Source: an uncultured Candidatus Rokubacteria bacterium
GTDB taxonomy: Bacteria; Methylomirabilota; Methylomirabilia; Rokubacteriales; CSP1-6
Assembly (NCBI GenBank): GCA_963754315.1
Contig: CAVWFS010000015.1
Coordinates: forward strand, 32,001-96,000
Direction of reading: 5' to 3'
DNA length: 64,000 bases
Under the pieces are notes generated by a model. That model ran no database searches, had not been told where the DNA came from, and saw only the letters and a list, made by a program, of their open reading frames with translations. A program made the translations under genes and the position numbers. Shown piece after piece: positions 11,511 to 21,808 of the stretch (positions within the stretch are counted from its first letter, which is position 1; every line of letters starts with the position of its first letter).

Positions 11511-13144
11511 GCGCGCACGCGGCGCCGCTCCTGCGGGTGCGCGATCTGTCGGTCTCCTTCTCCACGCCGACGGGCGAGCTGGCTGCCGTGCGCAAGGTGT
11601 CGCTCGACCTGGACCGGGGAGAGACCCTGGCGCTGGTGGGCGAGAGCGGCTCCGGCAAGTCCGTGACCGCGCTGTCCATTGTCCAGCTCCTGCCCTACCC
11701 GGTGGCCCGTCACCCCAGCGGCAGCATCGAGTTTCGCGGCCGGGAACTCCTCGGCGCCAAGGAGACGGTGCTCCGCGCCGTCCGCGGCAACCGGATCGCC
11801 ATGATCTTCCAGGAGCCCATGACGTCGTTGAATCCGCTTCACACGATCGAGAAGCAGGTGAACGAAGTGCTCCTCGTGCACAAGCGCCTGCGCCGGGCGG
11901 CGGCCCGTGCCCGGACCCTCGAGCTGTTGCGGCTGGTGGGACTGTCCGAAGCGGAGCAACGCCTCGGGGCCTATCCGCATCAGCTCTCGGGAGGGCAGCG
12001 TCAGCGCGTGATGATCGCCATGGCCCTCGCCAACGAGCCCGACCTGCTGATCGCCGACGAGCCCACAACCGCCCTCGACGTCACCATCCAGGCGCAGATC
12101 CTCGACCTGTTGCGCCGGCTCCAGCGCTCGATGGGCATGGCGCTCCTGCTGATTACCCACGACCTCGGGATCGTGCGCGCGATGGCGGCCCGCGTGTGCG
12201 TCATGACGGAGGGGGAGATCGTGGAAGCGGGCCCCACCGCCGAGATCTTCGAGAGACCTCAGCACCCCTACACGCGCCGTCTGGTCGAAGCCGAGCCGCG
12301 CGGTGCCCCCAACCGGATCGCCCCCGATGCCCCGGTGATCATGGCCGCTCAGGACGTGCGCGTCTGGTTCCCAGTCAAGAGAGGCGTGTTGCGGCGCACG
12401 GCGGGCCACATCAAGGCGGTGGACGGCGTCTCCATCACCGTGCGCGAAGGTCAGACGGTCGGTGTGGTGGGAGAAAGCGGCTCGGGCAAGACCACCCTCG
12501 GGCTGGCCTTGCTGCGTCTGGCCACGAGCCGCGGGGCTATTCAGTTCGACGGGCGTGAGATCCAGGGGCTGGGCGGCCGGCAACTGCGTCCCCTGCGGCG
12601 TGAGATCCAGGTGGTCTTCCAGGACCCCTACGGAGCCCTTTCCCCGCGGCTGACGCTCGCCCAGATCGTCGGCGAGGGGCTACAGGTGCACCGCCTGGGC
12701 GCTACCGCCAGCGAGCATGCCCGACTGATCGATTCGGCCCTGGCCGAAGTCGGTCTCGACCCCCGCATGCGCGATCGCTACCCCCACGAGTTCTCGGGCG
12801 GTCAGCGTCAGCGCATCGCGATCGCGCGCGCCATGGTGCTGACACCGCGCTTCGTGGTGCTCGACGAGCCCACCTCTGCCCTCGACATGTCCGTTCAGGC
12901 CCAGATCGTGGACCTGCTCCGGGAGCTGCAACGCAGGCACCGCCTAGCCTATCTCTTCATCAGCCACGACCTGAAGGTGATCCGTGCCCTCGCCGACGAG
13001 ATCCTGGTCATGCGTGACGGTCGCGTGGTCGAGCACGGTCCGGCCACGCAGATTCTCGAGGCCCCGCGCGAAGCCTACACCAAGGCCCTCATGGCCGCCG
13101 CTTTCGAGATCCGCGCCGTCGACGGCGGCGTGGTACGCGAGTAA
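11507..13144 (+). CDS. yejF: YejF-like ABC ATP-binding protein with two NBDs
   Basis: Two GESGSGK Walker A and two SGGQRQR signatures; GTGA overlap with the permease stop. Confidence 0.9.
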   Translation: MSAHAAPLLRVRDLSVSFSTPTGELAAVRKVSLDLDRGETLALVGESGSGKSVTALSIVQLLPYPVARHPSGSIEFRGRELLGAKETVLRAVRGNRIAMIFQEPMTSLNPLHTIEKQVNEVLLVHKRLRRAAARARTLELLRLVGLSEAEQRLGAYPHQLSGGQRQRVMIAMALANEPDLLIADEPTTALDVTIQAQILDLLRRLQRSMGMALLLITHDLGIVRAMAARVCVMTEGEIVEAGPTAEIFERPQHPYTRRLVEAEPRGAPNRIAPDAPVIMAAQDVRVWFPVKRGVLRRTAGHIKAVDGVSITVREGQTVGVVGESGSGKTTLGLALLRLATSRGAIQFDGREIQGLGGRQLRPLRREIQVVFQDPYGALSPRLTLAQIVGEGLQVHRLGATASEHARLIDSALAEVGLDPRMRDRYPHEFSGGQRQRIAIARAMVLTPRFVVLDEPTSALDMSVQAQIVDLLRELQRRHRLAYLFISHDLKVIRALADEILVMRDGRVVEHGPATQILEAPREAYTKALMAAAFEIRAVDGGVVRE

Positions 13145-13289
13145 GAGCACCGCGGATTCCGCGACGACTAGCATTCGACATGCCAAGCGTGGGAGGATGC
13201 GGACACCGATCATAGCCTCGGCGATGCGAGTCGGGAACGTGGGCTCGCGCTGCGTGTATCCTTTCAATCAAGGCGAGGAGACGATCGCG

Positions 13290-13530
13290 ATGAGCTGGCA
13301 ACCCGGCTCGGCCGTACCCCACCGTCGCCGGCGACGTGGAGCTCGCCACGCGCATCGCCCGGGACGATCAGGCGGCATTCGAAACGTTGATGCGCCGGCA
13401 CAATGGCCGGCTGTTCCGAGGTCGACGCGCGCGGATCTCATCCGCGATGACGCGGAGGCTGGGCGAAGACGCGTCCAGGACGCCTACCTCGATGCCTACG
13501 CACTCAGGCAGCGACGCGCGACGTCAACCT
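13290..13530 (+). pseudogene. Decayed ECF sigma factor remnant
   Basis: GAGGAG + ATG, then region-2 text spread over several frames: ELATRIARDDQAAFETLMRRHNGRLFR / IRDDAEA / QDAYLDAY. Confidence 0.7.
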
Positions 13531-13584
13531 GGCGACGCCAGCTCGACTCCCCCAGGGTGTGAGCCGCGCATCCTCTGGACCGCG

Positions 13585-13757
13585 TGGGTGATCGCTGGGC
13601 TCGTGGCTTGAACAGGATCCGTTCCCCACACGGCGACCGCGGAACTGCTTCGATTCGAAGACGCCATTCCTGCCGCCACGGCTGGAAATTCACGGCACGC
13701 GACCGCGGAGAGTTTGCCTGGCGCGGCATCCTGGACACGACGCACGGTGCACCTTGA
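13585..13757 (+). pseudogene. Decayed cupredoxin-like remnant
   Basis: Fragments DPFPHTATA, FDSKT and GWKFTARDRGEFA in shifting frames; Cys/His/Met ligand loop lost. Confidence 0.5.
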
Positions 13758-13832
13758 CAGGATCACGCGGCCCGCGCTAGAAACCTCCTTCCACGCCTAT
13801 GATGGCCTGGGGATCCTCGAGAGTTCGACACC

Positions 13833-14590
13833 ATGCGCGCTGAGGAGCGGAGGAGGCGGGTCGGGATCATCGGCTGTGGCGCGATCGGGCGTCCCGTGGC
13901 CCGGGCACTGCTCGCCGACAAGGCCGGACCGCACATGCTGGCGGCGGTGCTCGCGCGCTCAGCCCGCGAACTCGACGGGTTCCCGGTCACGGCCGACGTC
14001 GATTCCTTCCTGGCAGGGTCCTACGACATGATCATCGAGGCGGGGGGGCCCGACGCGTTTCGTACCCTCGTGCCGGCGGCGCTCGAGCGCTCTGAGGTCT
14101 GGGCCGTGAGCCCGATCCCACTGGCCGATCCGGGTGTGGAGCGCAACATCCGACGGATCTGCGCGAACTCCGGGCATACCTTGCGTATCGCTCCAGGCGC
14201 TCTGGCCGCGTTCGATGGAATTGCCACCGCCATGGCGGCGGGCCTCGAGCGCCTGGAGGTCTTCATCGATCTGGCGCCTGGCCAGGCCCCCGAGCCAGAG
14301 CTGCTGTTCGAAGGAAGCGCCCGCGCCGTCGCCCTTCGCTACCCCGAGGGTGTCAACGTCGTGGTCGCCGCCGCGCTGGCCGGTCCGGGGCTGGATGCCA
14401 CGCAGGTCCGTGTCATGCGGCCCGCACGCGGGACCGTTGGCCGCACCATGGGGTTCACGGTCAGATCGCGGGCCGGCATCTTCGCGTGACGGCGAATCCT
14501 CGGGTGATTCCCGCCGAAGACATCCACACGGTGGCGGCGAGCCTGGTTGCCATGCTACGCCGTGAAACAACGGGCATCGTGGTCGGCTAG
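13833..14590 (+). CDS. L-aspartate dehydrogenase-like (DUF108) NAD(P)-dependent oxidoreductase, frameshift near 14486
   Basis: VGIIGCGAIG, LFEGSAR..ALRYPEGVNVVVAAALAG; the shifted frame continues VTANPRVIPAEDIHTVAASLVAMLRRETTGIVVG* to 14590. Confidence 0.75.
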
Positions 14591-14642
14591 CCTCGTCTCG
14601 TCCCCCCTTTCCTACGCGGCGATCTTCATGGGATCTCGGTCA

Positions 14643-15192
14643 TTACGAGGCCGAGGCCGTGACGGCCTTCAGGACCTCGGCCGGATCCAGAAGATCGAGC
14701 GAGTTGTCCATCACCTTCACGAACTTCACTGTCCCTGTCTTGTCGACGATGAAATACGCCCGCCTGGCGTAGCGGTAGACCGGGCTGGCCTCGTCGGTCT
14801 GCATCGCGCCGTAGGCGGGAAGCATCTGACGGCGAAAATCGGAGAGCAGGAGCTGCTTGCTTCCGTGTTCCTTCTTCCATGCGGCCAGGGCCAAGTGGTG
14901 ATCGGTGCTGATGCCCACGACCTGGGCGCCTGCGGCCTCGAACTGCGGCAGAGCCGCCTCGAAGCCGAGCAGCTCTTTCGTTCAGGTGTTCGTGAAGGCG
15001 GCAATGAACGTGTAGATGACCACGGGCCCCTTGGCCGTCAGCTCAGACAGCTTGACGGGCTTGCCGTCGGTCCCGTTCAGCGTGAAGTCAGGCGCCTTCT
15101 GCCCGACTTCCAGCGCGGTGGCCAAACCCGCCCACGTCAGGCTGAGCAGACACGGCCAAGACGATGCTGCGGAGCAGCGGAGAAATACGCAT
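14643..15192 (-). CDS. Secreted selenocysteine-containing peroxiredoxin (AhpC/BCP-like); Sec UGA at 14984-14982; indel in the signal peptide near 15150
   Basis: LEVGQKAPDFTL...[37 protein letters not shown] is read in one frame; AAGGAGGAG before ATG 15192. Confidence 0.88.
14951..14975 (-). promoter_or_regulatory. SECIS-like hairpin of the peroxiredoxin
   Basis: GAGCUGCUC-GGCUUC-GAG(G)CGGCUC begins 6 nt after UGA; loop starts with G. Confidence 0.65.
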
Positions 15193-15459
15193 CGACTCCT
15201 CCTTTGGGGTCTCGGCGTAGATCGAAATCCACGGCGGCCCCCGGGCTCTCGCGACAAGGATCGACCCGCTCGGGGCTGTCGTCAACAGTTTCTCGGAAGC
15301 CGGCACATTGCCTACTAAAGTCTGCGGCGGCGAGCACTCAGGAAGGCGCCCGGGGCCTTGACTTCGACCACCAGCGGCGCGATCTTGGCACGCGCCCGTC
15401 GGCGGCGGTCCGTACGACGCAGAGCGCAGTCTCATGACCCCATTGCTTGGAGGTGCCGT

Positions 15460-16467
15460 ATGCGATCGGATCGGATGCTCGGGACCGTCGATTTCCACAC
15501 GGCCGGCATCGGGATGCGGCTGGTGACGAGCGGCCTCGGGCGGCTGCCCGGGAGCACCATCGTGGAGAAGCGCCGCTGGTTCCAGGAAAACCTCGACGAT
15601 GTGCGGACCGGTCTCTGCCTCGAGCCGCGCGGCCACCGCGGCCTTCTCATCGCGGTCTTGACCGAGCCCGTCTCGCCCGGCGCTCACTTCGGGCTTCTGT
15701 TCATCTATCCAGGGGGCTACTACGTCTCGTGCGGCGAGGGCACGCTCGGCGCGGCCACCGTGGCGGTCGAGACAGGCATGGTGCCACGGACGGGGGTCGA
15801 GACCCTGGTGGTCATCGACACGGAGGCCGGTGTCGTCGAGGCCACGGTCCGTTCCGAGGGCGACCGCGTACGCGAGGTCACGCTCCGGTGGACGCCAGCG
15901 CTCGTGGCCCTTCCCGCTCAGATCGTCGAGGTCGATGGGCTGGGCGAGGTGCCCCTCGACATCGCCATGGGCGCCGGCAACGTCTTTGCCATCGTGGAGG
16001 CGCCTCGTGTCGGCGTCGCCGTGCGGCGGGAGATGGCCGGGCGGATCGCCCAGCGGGGCGTGGCGGTTCGGGCCGCGGTCAACGAACAGATTCACGTCGA
16101 GGTGCCAGGGATCGGCAAGACGAGCGTGGACAACGTGCTCGTCCACGAGCTGCCCGATGAGGACGGTGTCTCGCCCAACGCGCTCGTCTGGGGCCCAGGG
16201 CAGGTCGATGCCGCGCCGTGCGGCTCGGGCACGTGCGCGCGCATGGCGCTCTTCCATCACCGGGGGCGCATGTCGGTCGGATCGACATTCGTGAGCCGAG
16301 GTCTGCTCGGTCTCGACTTCACCGCCAGGATCATCGGCGAGACGGTGGTCGAGGGACGTCGGGCGATCCTGCCGGAAATCACCGGCACCAGCTATCTGAC
16401 CGGCTTCAGCCAGTTCCTGTTCGATCCCGATGATCCGCTGCGCGCCGGCTATCTGCTCGAAGGGTAG
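15460..16467 (+). CDS. Proline racemase family protein with non-canonical active site
   Basis: DFHTAG, LEPRGH, SCGEG, DAAPCGSGTCARMA; GGAGG upstream. Confidence 0.88.
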   Translation: MRSDRMLGTVDFHTAGIGMRLVTSGLGRLPGSTIVEKRRWFQENLDDVRTGLCLEPRGHRGLLIAVLTEPVSPGAHFGLLFIYPGGYYVSCGEGTLGAATVAVETGMVPRTGVETLVVIDTEAGVVEATVRSEGDRVREVTLRWTPALVALPAQIVEVDGLGEVPLDIAMGAGNVFAIVEAPRVGVAVRREMAGRIAQRGVAVRAAVNEQIHVEVPGIGKTSVDNVLVHELPDEDGVSPNALVWGPGQVDAAPCGSGTCARMALFHHRGRMSVGSTFVSRGLLGLDFTARIIGETVVEGRRAILPEITGTSYLTGFSQFLFDPDDPLRAGYLLEG

Positions 16468-16471
16468 TGGC

Positions 16472-17722
16472 ATGAAGACGATCGTGCTCGGTGGCGGCGT
16501 GGTCGGCGTGACCACGGCCTACTTCCTGGCCAAGGCGGGTCACCAGGTGACAGTGGTCGAGGAGAAGGATGCGCTCGGGCTCGAGGCGACATCGGGCAAT
16601 GCCGGCATCATTGCTCCCGGCCATTCGTTCGCGTGGGCGTCACCGCGCGCGCCCCGCATGCTCTGGCAGTCGCTCCGCGGTGCGGAGACAGCGCTGCGGG
16701 TGAAGCTGGCCCCCGATCTCCGACTCTACACATGGGGGGCGCGCTTCCTGCGCGAGTGCACGAGCACCCGCGCCCGGCGCAACACGCTGGTCAAGCTGCG
16801 CCTGTGCCAGTACAGCCAGGGTGTGCTGAGCGACCTCGTGCGGGCCGAGGCCATCGAATACCACGCCGTCACCCGGGGGGCCCTCTATCTCTATCGCGAT
16901 CCGGCCGAGCTGGAGGCGGGGGCGAAGAGGATGGCCCTGCTTGCCGAGCACGGACAGAAACAGGAAATCCTCGATGCCCGCGCGGTGGCGAAGCTCGATT
17001 CAGCGTTCGAGCCGGTGCAGGGCCGGATCGCGGGGGCCATCCGAGATCTCGGAGACTCGAGCGGCGATGCGCACGTCTTCGTGGAGCGTCTGGCCGACAG
17101 GTGCCGTGACAAGCTCGGCGTGGTAGTCCAGCTGGGGACCAGGGTGACCGGGCTCCTCGGAGGGGGCGATCACATCGCCGGTGTCATCACGACCCGGGGC
17201 ACGCTGAGCGCTGACAACTATGTTCTCGCGCTCGGAGTCGGCGCGCCGATCGTCGCCAGCACGGCGGGGATCAGCCTTCCCATCTATCCGGCGAAAGGGT
17301 ACTCATCCACGTTCCCGCTCAAGCCAGGTGGCCTGGCCCCCACCGTCCCGGGGGTCGATGAGAAGTGGCTGGTGGGTTGGTCACGGCTCGGCGACCGCCT
17401 GCGCCTCACCTCGACGGCCGAGTTCGCGGGCTACGACTGGGGCTGGACGCCTCGCGACTTCGCCAACATCCTCCGTCTGGCTCGCGATCTCTTTCCCGAC
17501 GCCGCCGACTACGATCAGGGTCAGTACCGGGCTTGTCTCAGACCCATGACGCCCGACGGACCGCCGATCCTCGGCCTCGGCCGCCACCGCAACCTGTTCC
17601 TCAACTGCGGCCACGGTCACATGGGCTGGACCATGGCCTGCGGAACCGCGCGCATCGTGGCTGACCTCATGACGGGACGCATGCCGGAGCTCGATCTGGG
17701 GGGGCTTACCCTGGGTCGTTGA
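16472..17722 (+). CDS. D-amino acid dehydrogenase (DadA-like FAD oxidoreductase)
   Basis: VLGGGVVG, ATSGNAG, LPIYPAKGYS, LRPMTPDGPPILG, GHGHMGWTMACG. Confidence 0.9.
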   Translation: MKTIVLGGGVVGVTTAYFLAKAGHQVTVVEEKDALGLEATSGNAGIIAPGHSFAWASPRAPRMLWQSLRGAETALRVKLAPDLRLYTWGARFLRECTSTRARRNTLVKLRLCQYSQGVLSDLVRAEAIEYHAVTRGALYLYRDPAELEAGAKRMALLAEHGQKQEILDARAVAKLDSAFEPVQGRIAGAIRDLGDSSGDAHVFVERLADRCRDKLGVVVQLGTRVTGLLGGGDHIAGVITTRGTLSADNYVLALGVGAPIVASTAGISLPIYPAKGYSSTFPLKPGGLAPTVPGVDEKWLVGWSRLGDRLRLTSTAEFAGYDWGWTPRDFANILRLARDLFPDAADYDQGQYRACLRPMTPDGPPILGLGRHRNLFLNCGHGHMGWTMACGTARIVADLMTGRMPELDLGGLTLGR

Positions 17723-18218
17723 CGCTCCGTGGGCTGGCGCCGTCCAGCACCGCCAGGAGGCGATCGAGCGAGCGCTCGAGGCAGGCCAGGATCTCGTCGC
17801 GACAGGCACGGTACTTCGCCTCTCCCTGCAACACCGGGTCCTCGATGTCGCCGGTGTCCCCGGCAAACTCGCGAAGCGTGAAGAGCGGCCGGCCATCCGC
17901 CTCCTCGAAGGACGCCACCGTCGCGCGTTGCGACTCCGTCATGGTCAGGATCAGATCGGCCTCCCCGACCAGGTGGCGATGACGACGCAGGTCGGTCGAG
18001 GTGATGGTGTCTTCTGCCAGGTGGATGCCGTCCTCACGGAGGACGATGCGCGCGTCGAGGGACGGGATCATCCCGTCCCTCGCCACGTTGCCCACCCCAC
18101 CCGAGCATACCCGCACCGCCTCGTTCGCCGCCCTCTCCAGTAACATCTTCTCGAGGAGCACGTGCGCCATGACGCTGCGGCACGTGTTGGCGTGGCAGAC
18201 GAACAGAACGGTTCTCAC
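17706..18218 (-). CDS. Low-molecular-weight protein phosphatase / arsenate reductase family protein
   Basis: VLFVCHANTCRS P-loop, DLILTM, DIEDP; GTG 18218 overlaps the upstream SDR stop. Confidence 0.85.
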   Translation of the reverse strand: MRTVLFVCHANTCRSVMAHVLLEKMLLERAANEAVRVCSGGVGNVARDGMIPSLDARIVLREDGIHLAEDTITSTDLRRHRHLVGEADLILTMTESQRATVASFEEADGRPLFTLREFAGDTGDIEDPVLQGEAKYRACRDEILACLERSLDRLLAVLDGASPRSVNDPG

Positions 18219-19207
18219 CGCTCCTCGCGCGGCCACTGCCAGAAGCGGACACTGCCGCCGAGATCCGACCATTCGCCGGCCGGGCGCTCGTTCAGGGTCC
18301 GCCCGAAGCCCACCGCGGGCGCCGGCTTGAGGTCAGCCCCGAGCGTCTTCGGAAACAGCTGCGCCAGCTGCTCGGGATCGAACCGATGGCCCGCGACGAG
18401 GCGCCGCACGGCCTGGGGCTGGGCCAGCAAGGTGTACCCGTACTCGAAGGAATGGAAGACCTGCCCGTTCACCTGGGCTGCTGCTTCGCTGGCGAGATAG
18501 ACGACCAGGGGTGCCACGTTGTCGGGATCGCGCTCGGTGCCGACCGCCTGCTCGCTCGGCCACTTCCCCGATTGCTCGAAGACCTCGCGACCCCGGGGCG
18601 TGGAGTCGATCATGCGCGTGGCACCGCTCGGCATGATCGTGTTGGCGGTGACGTTGTACTTGGCCATGGCGTTGGCCGTGGACCATGTGAGCCCGATGAT
18701 CCCCGCCTTGGCGGCCGCGTAGTTGGGCTGGCCCGGCGCTCCCAGCGCCGACACCGAGGACATGTTGATGAAGCGCCCGTACTGCTGCTGCCGCATGGAC
18801 ACCGAGGCCGCCCGCATGGTGTTGTAGGTGCCCTTGAGGTGGACGGCGATGACTGCGTCCCACTCCTCCTCGGTCATGTTGAAGATCATGCGGTCGCGCA
18901 GGATGCCGGCCACGTTCACCACGATGTCGATCCGTCCCCAGCGGTCGATCACCTGCTGGACCATGGCCGCGGCCTGGCGCGCATCGGCCACCGAGCCGCC
19001 GTTGGACTCGGCCTGGCCGCCTGCCTTGCGAATCTCGGCCACTACCTGAGCGGCCGGGCTCGTGTCGACGCCTTCTCCACTCAGGCTCGCGCCGAGGTCG
19101 TTGACCATCACCCGCGCCCCGGCCTTCGCCATGGCGATGGCGATCCCCCGGCCGATACCCCTGCCCGCTCCCGTGACCAGCGCGTTCTTCCCGTCGAGCA
19201 TGCCCAT
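18215..19207 (-). CDS. SDR family oxidoreductase
   Basis: TGAGRGIG, VNDLG, GILRDRMIFNM, NYAAAKAG. Confidence 0.9.
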   Translation of the reverse strand: MGMLDGKNALVTGAGRGIGRGIAIAMAKAGARVMVNDLGASLSGEGVDTSPAAQVVAEIRKAGGQAESNGGSVADARQAAAMVQQVIDRWGRIDIVVNVAGILRDRMIFNMTEEEWDAVIAVHLKGTYNTMRAASVSMRQQQYGRFINMSSVSALGAPGQPNYAAAKAGIIGLTWSTANAMAKYNVTANTIMPSGATRMIDSTPRGREVFEQSGKWPSEQAVGTERDPDNVAPLVVYLASEAAAQVNGQVFHSFEYGYTLLAQPQAVRRLVAGHRFDPEQLAQLFPKTLGADLKPAPAVGFGRTLNERPAGEWSDLGGSVRFWQWPREER

Positions 19208-19256
19208 GTTTAACTCATCTCCTCCCGTGAGATCATTCGGTCGTCGGCCGAGAAGC

Positions 19257-20024
19257 TTACGCCAGGCCGTCCAGGAAGGCCAGCAGCACGCGATTGAAGG
19301 CCGCCGGCTGGTCGAGGTTCGACGAGTGGCCGGCATCCTTGATGACCTCCAGCCGCGCGCCGGGAATCTTCTTGGCCATGTACTCGCACGAGGCGATGAA
19401 CGGCGTGTCCTGGTCGCCGACGATGACCAGGGCCGGCACACGCACAGTCGGCAACGCGTCGATGATGCTCGAGTCCGCCTGGCTGAGCATGCCGCGGGCG
19501 GCGTGCGCCAGCCCTTGCGCCGAGCGGTGACGCCGGACAGCCTCGCGCATGTCGCGGCTTCCGCTCGCGAGGGCCTCCAGACCCCGTGCCTCGAGATCGG
19601 CCGCCCGCGCCTGCGCGCGCTGGTTCCACTCGGCGCGGGCGCTCGCATTGCGATAGCCCGGCCCCGAATCGCAGATGACCAGGGCCCTCACCATCTCCGG
19701 ATGCTTCGCGTAGAAGGCGAGAGACATGGTGCCGCCGAGCGAGAGGCCGCCGATCACGGCTCGCTCGACTCCGAGGTGGCTGAGCAGCCCATGCATGTCG
19801 CCCACGGTCAATGCATGCGAGTACTGGGCAGGATCGGCTGGGCTCTCCGTCTCACCGTGGCCGCGCATATCCCAGGTGATGAGACGATAGCGAGAGGCCA
19901 AAGCCTCGTGCTGGTCGGCCCAGGCGCGACCGGTCGACGAGTAGCCGTGGGTGAGCAGCACCGCTGGGCCGCTTCCGCTGACCTCGTAGTGAAGGCTGAT
20001 GCCGTTGATGCGGGCACTCGTCAT
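19257..20024 (-). CDS. Alpha/beta hydrolase
   Basis: THGY, DMRGHG, GLSLGG nucleophile elbow, AGH. Confidence 0.9.
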   Translation of the reverse strand: MTSARINGISLHYEVSGSGPAVLLTHGYSSTGRAWADQHEALASRYRLITWDMRGHGETESPADPAQYSHALTVGDMHGLLSHLGVERAVIGGLSLGGTMSLAFYAKHPEMVRALVICDSGPGYRNASARAEWNQRAQARAADLEARGLEALASGSRDMREAVRRHRSAQGLAHAARGMLSQADSSIIDALPTVRVPALVIVGDQDTPFIASCEYMAKKIPGARLEVIKDAGHSSNLDQPAAFNRVLLAFLDGLA

Positions 20025-20048
20025 CGGCGTCTCCCAGCGGAAGTCATC

Positions 20049-21023
20049 TCAGTCTCCCAGGGGGAGATAGTAACGGTTGCCCGCCTTGGTCCAGTCGCCA
20101 CGCATGGCGCGGAACTCCGCCCCCATGGGATCAAGACCGCGCATCGGCATGGTACCGCGTCGGAGCATGAAGTCGTGCGGTGCCAGTTCCCCAGCTTTGA
20201 CGAAGTGGCGGCCGGCCGCCTCGGGGCGTCCGCGCTCGTGGAGCCATTGGCCGAGACCGAACTCCGCGCGGGCAAGTTGATCGCTGGCCGATGGCAGCTT
20301 CTGGAGCGCCCGCGTCTGCGTCTCCCCCAGGGGGGCCAGCTCGCCGCGCACCCACCCGCGCAGCAACCCCAAGTGCTTCGCTGCCTCGATGCCGGTGATG
20401 TGGCGGAAGGTGTCCGTACCAAAGGCCACGTCGTTGGGGCGCACGACGCGCCCGCCTTCATCTATCCAGACCACCGTGGGCACATTCACCATGTTGTAGA
20501 GGTCAGCCACGAGGTGCCGGGTATCGACCAGAGCCGGATGCGTCGGCCGAGCGGCTTCGATCCACGGCCGGGCGGCCTCCGCGCTGCGGTCCACGGCTAC
20601 CGTGAGAACCACGAAGCGGTGCTCCTGCAGTTCCTCGTAGATGGCCTGCCAGACTGGCAGGTCAAGGCGACACCCTCACCATGATCCCCAGGCGACCATG
20701 AAGACCTTTCTCCCACGCTGCTCCGCCAGGGAATGCTGGTGTCCCTCGAGATCGGGCAAGGTGAAGTTCGGGGCTTGCAAGGAAGCCAGGCGAGCCGCCC
20801 GCTCACGCGCCGAGACGCCGAGAAAGGCCATCCGTTCCTCGACGTCGACGGCAAGCGGTCGGTCGAGGGTCGTCGCTATCGCTTCGAGGTCTGATTCCAG
20901 CGTCAGATTGCTGCCGAGCGCGGCCCAGGCGCTGTCGGGCACGAGGCGCGCACGTCCATCGACCACGCGCGCCGGCCCCTCCACTGCGAGGCCGTCGATC
21001 ATGAGAGTGAACGTCGCCATCAT
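20049..21023 (-). CDS. ResA-like thioredoxin-fold selenoprotein (WxxWUGC type); Sec UGA at 20678-20676
   Basis: APNFTLPDLEGHQHSL...VAWGSW-TGA-GCRLDLPVWQAIYEELQEHRFVVLTVAVD is in one frame; ATGA overlap with the upstream SDR. Confidence 0.9.
20645..20661 (-). promoter_or_regulatory. SECIS-like hairpin of the ResA-like gene
   Basis: Perfect stem CCUGCCA-GUC-UGGCAGG begins 14 nt after UGA. Confidence 0.75.
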
Positions 21024-21802
21024 GACGCGGAGGCGCCCATATGCCGAGCGACCTCGATATCCTTGCTCTGGTCGCGCGTTCTGGTGGGACTGATGATCAT
21101 CTCCTCGATCACCGTGCGGGGAGGCAACGTCACCGCGAGCAGAATCGCGCTCGCGACATCCTCGGGCTGCATCATGGTCGAGCGGGCGGCCGCGTCCGGA
21201 GGCAACGGTCGGTTGTCCAGGATGGGTGTATCGACTTCGGCCGGCATGATGACCGTGGCGCGGATGCCCTGGTCGCGCAGCACGGTGTGAACATGGCCCA
21301 TCAGGTTGTTGGCCGCGGCCTTGGCAGCGCCGTAGGGCGCCCCGCCGATCAGGCCGGGTTTGATGGCCGCCAGGGACGATACCGTCACGATGGTGCCGCC
21401 GCCCCGGGCGATCATGCCAGGCAACACGGCCTGGGTGAGCGCGTAGACGGCAGTGAGGTTCACACCCATCACCGCTTCCCACTGATCTTGGGGCACCCAT
21501 CGGACGTTGCGGGCCCGGCTGGAGAAGCCCGCGTTGTTGATCAGCACGTCGACCTTGCCACAGGTCTCGAGCGTCCAGTTGACCAGTCCTGTCGCATCCT
21601 GGTACTTGGCAACGTCGCACGCCCGCACGTGAACCTTGCCGCCCACGCCCTGGATTTCCTTGGCGACCCGCTCCAGCGGATCCCGGCGCCGGCCTGCAAT
21701 CACGACTTGCGCACCCTCCGCGGCCAGCATCTTGGCCGTGGCCTGGCCGATGCCGCTCCCCCCGCCCGTCACTATCGCAACCTGCCCGTCGAGTTTTGTC
21801 AT
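21020..21802 (-). CDS. SDR family oxidoreductase
   Basis: TGGGSGIG, INNAG, YGAAK. Confidence 0.9.
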   Translation of the reverse strand: MTKLDGQVAIVTGGGSGIGQATAKMLAAEGAQVVIAGRRRDPLERVAKEIQGVGGKVHVRACDVAKYQDATGLVNWTLETCGKVDVLINNAGFSSRARNVRWVPQDQWEAVMGVNLTAVYALTQAVLPGMIARGGGTIVTVSSLAAIKPGLIGGAPYGAAKAAANNLMGHVHTVLRDQGIRATVIMPAEVDTPILDNRPLPPDAAARSTMMQPEDVASAILLAVTLPPRTVIEEMIISPTRTRDQSKDIEVARHMGASAS

Positions 21803-21808
21803 TTATTT

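Noticed and set aside
14487..14489. TGA in the aspartate dehydrogenase-like gene as a fourth Sec codon
   Set aside because: It is not at a Cys motif, read-through hits another stop within six codons, and a frameshift gives a sensible C-terminus.
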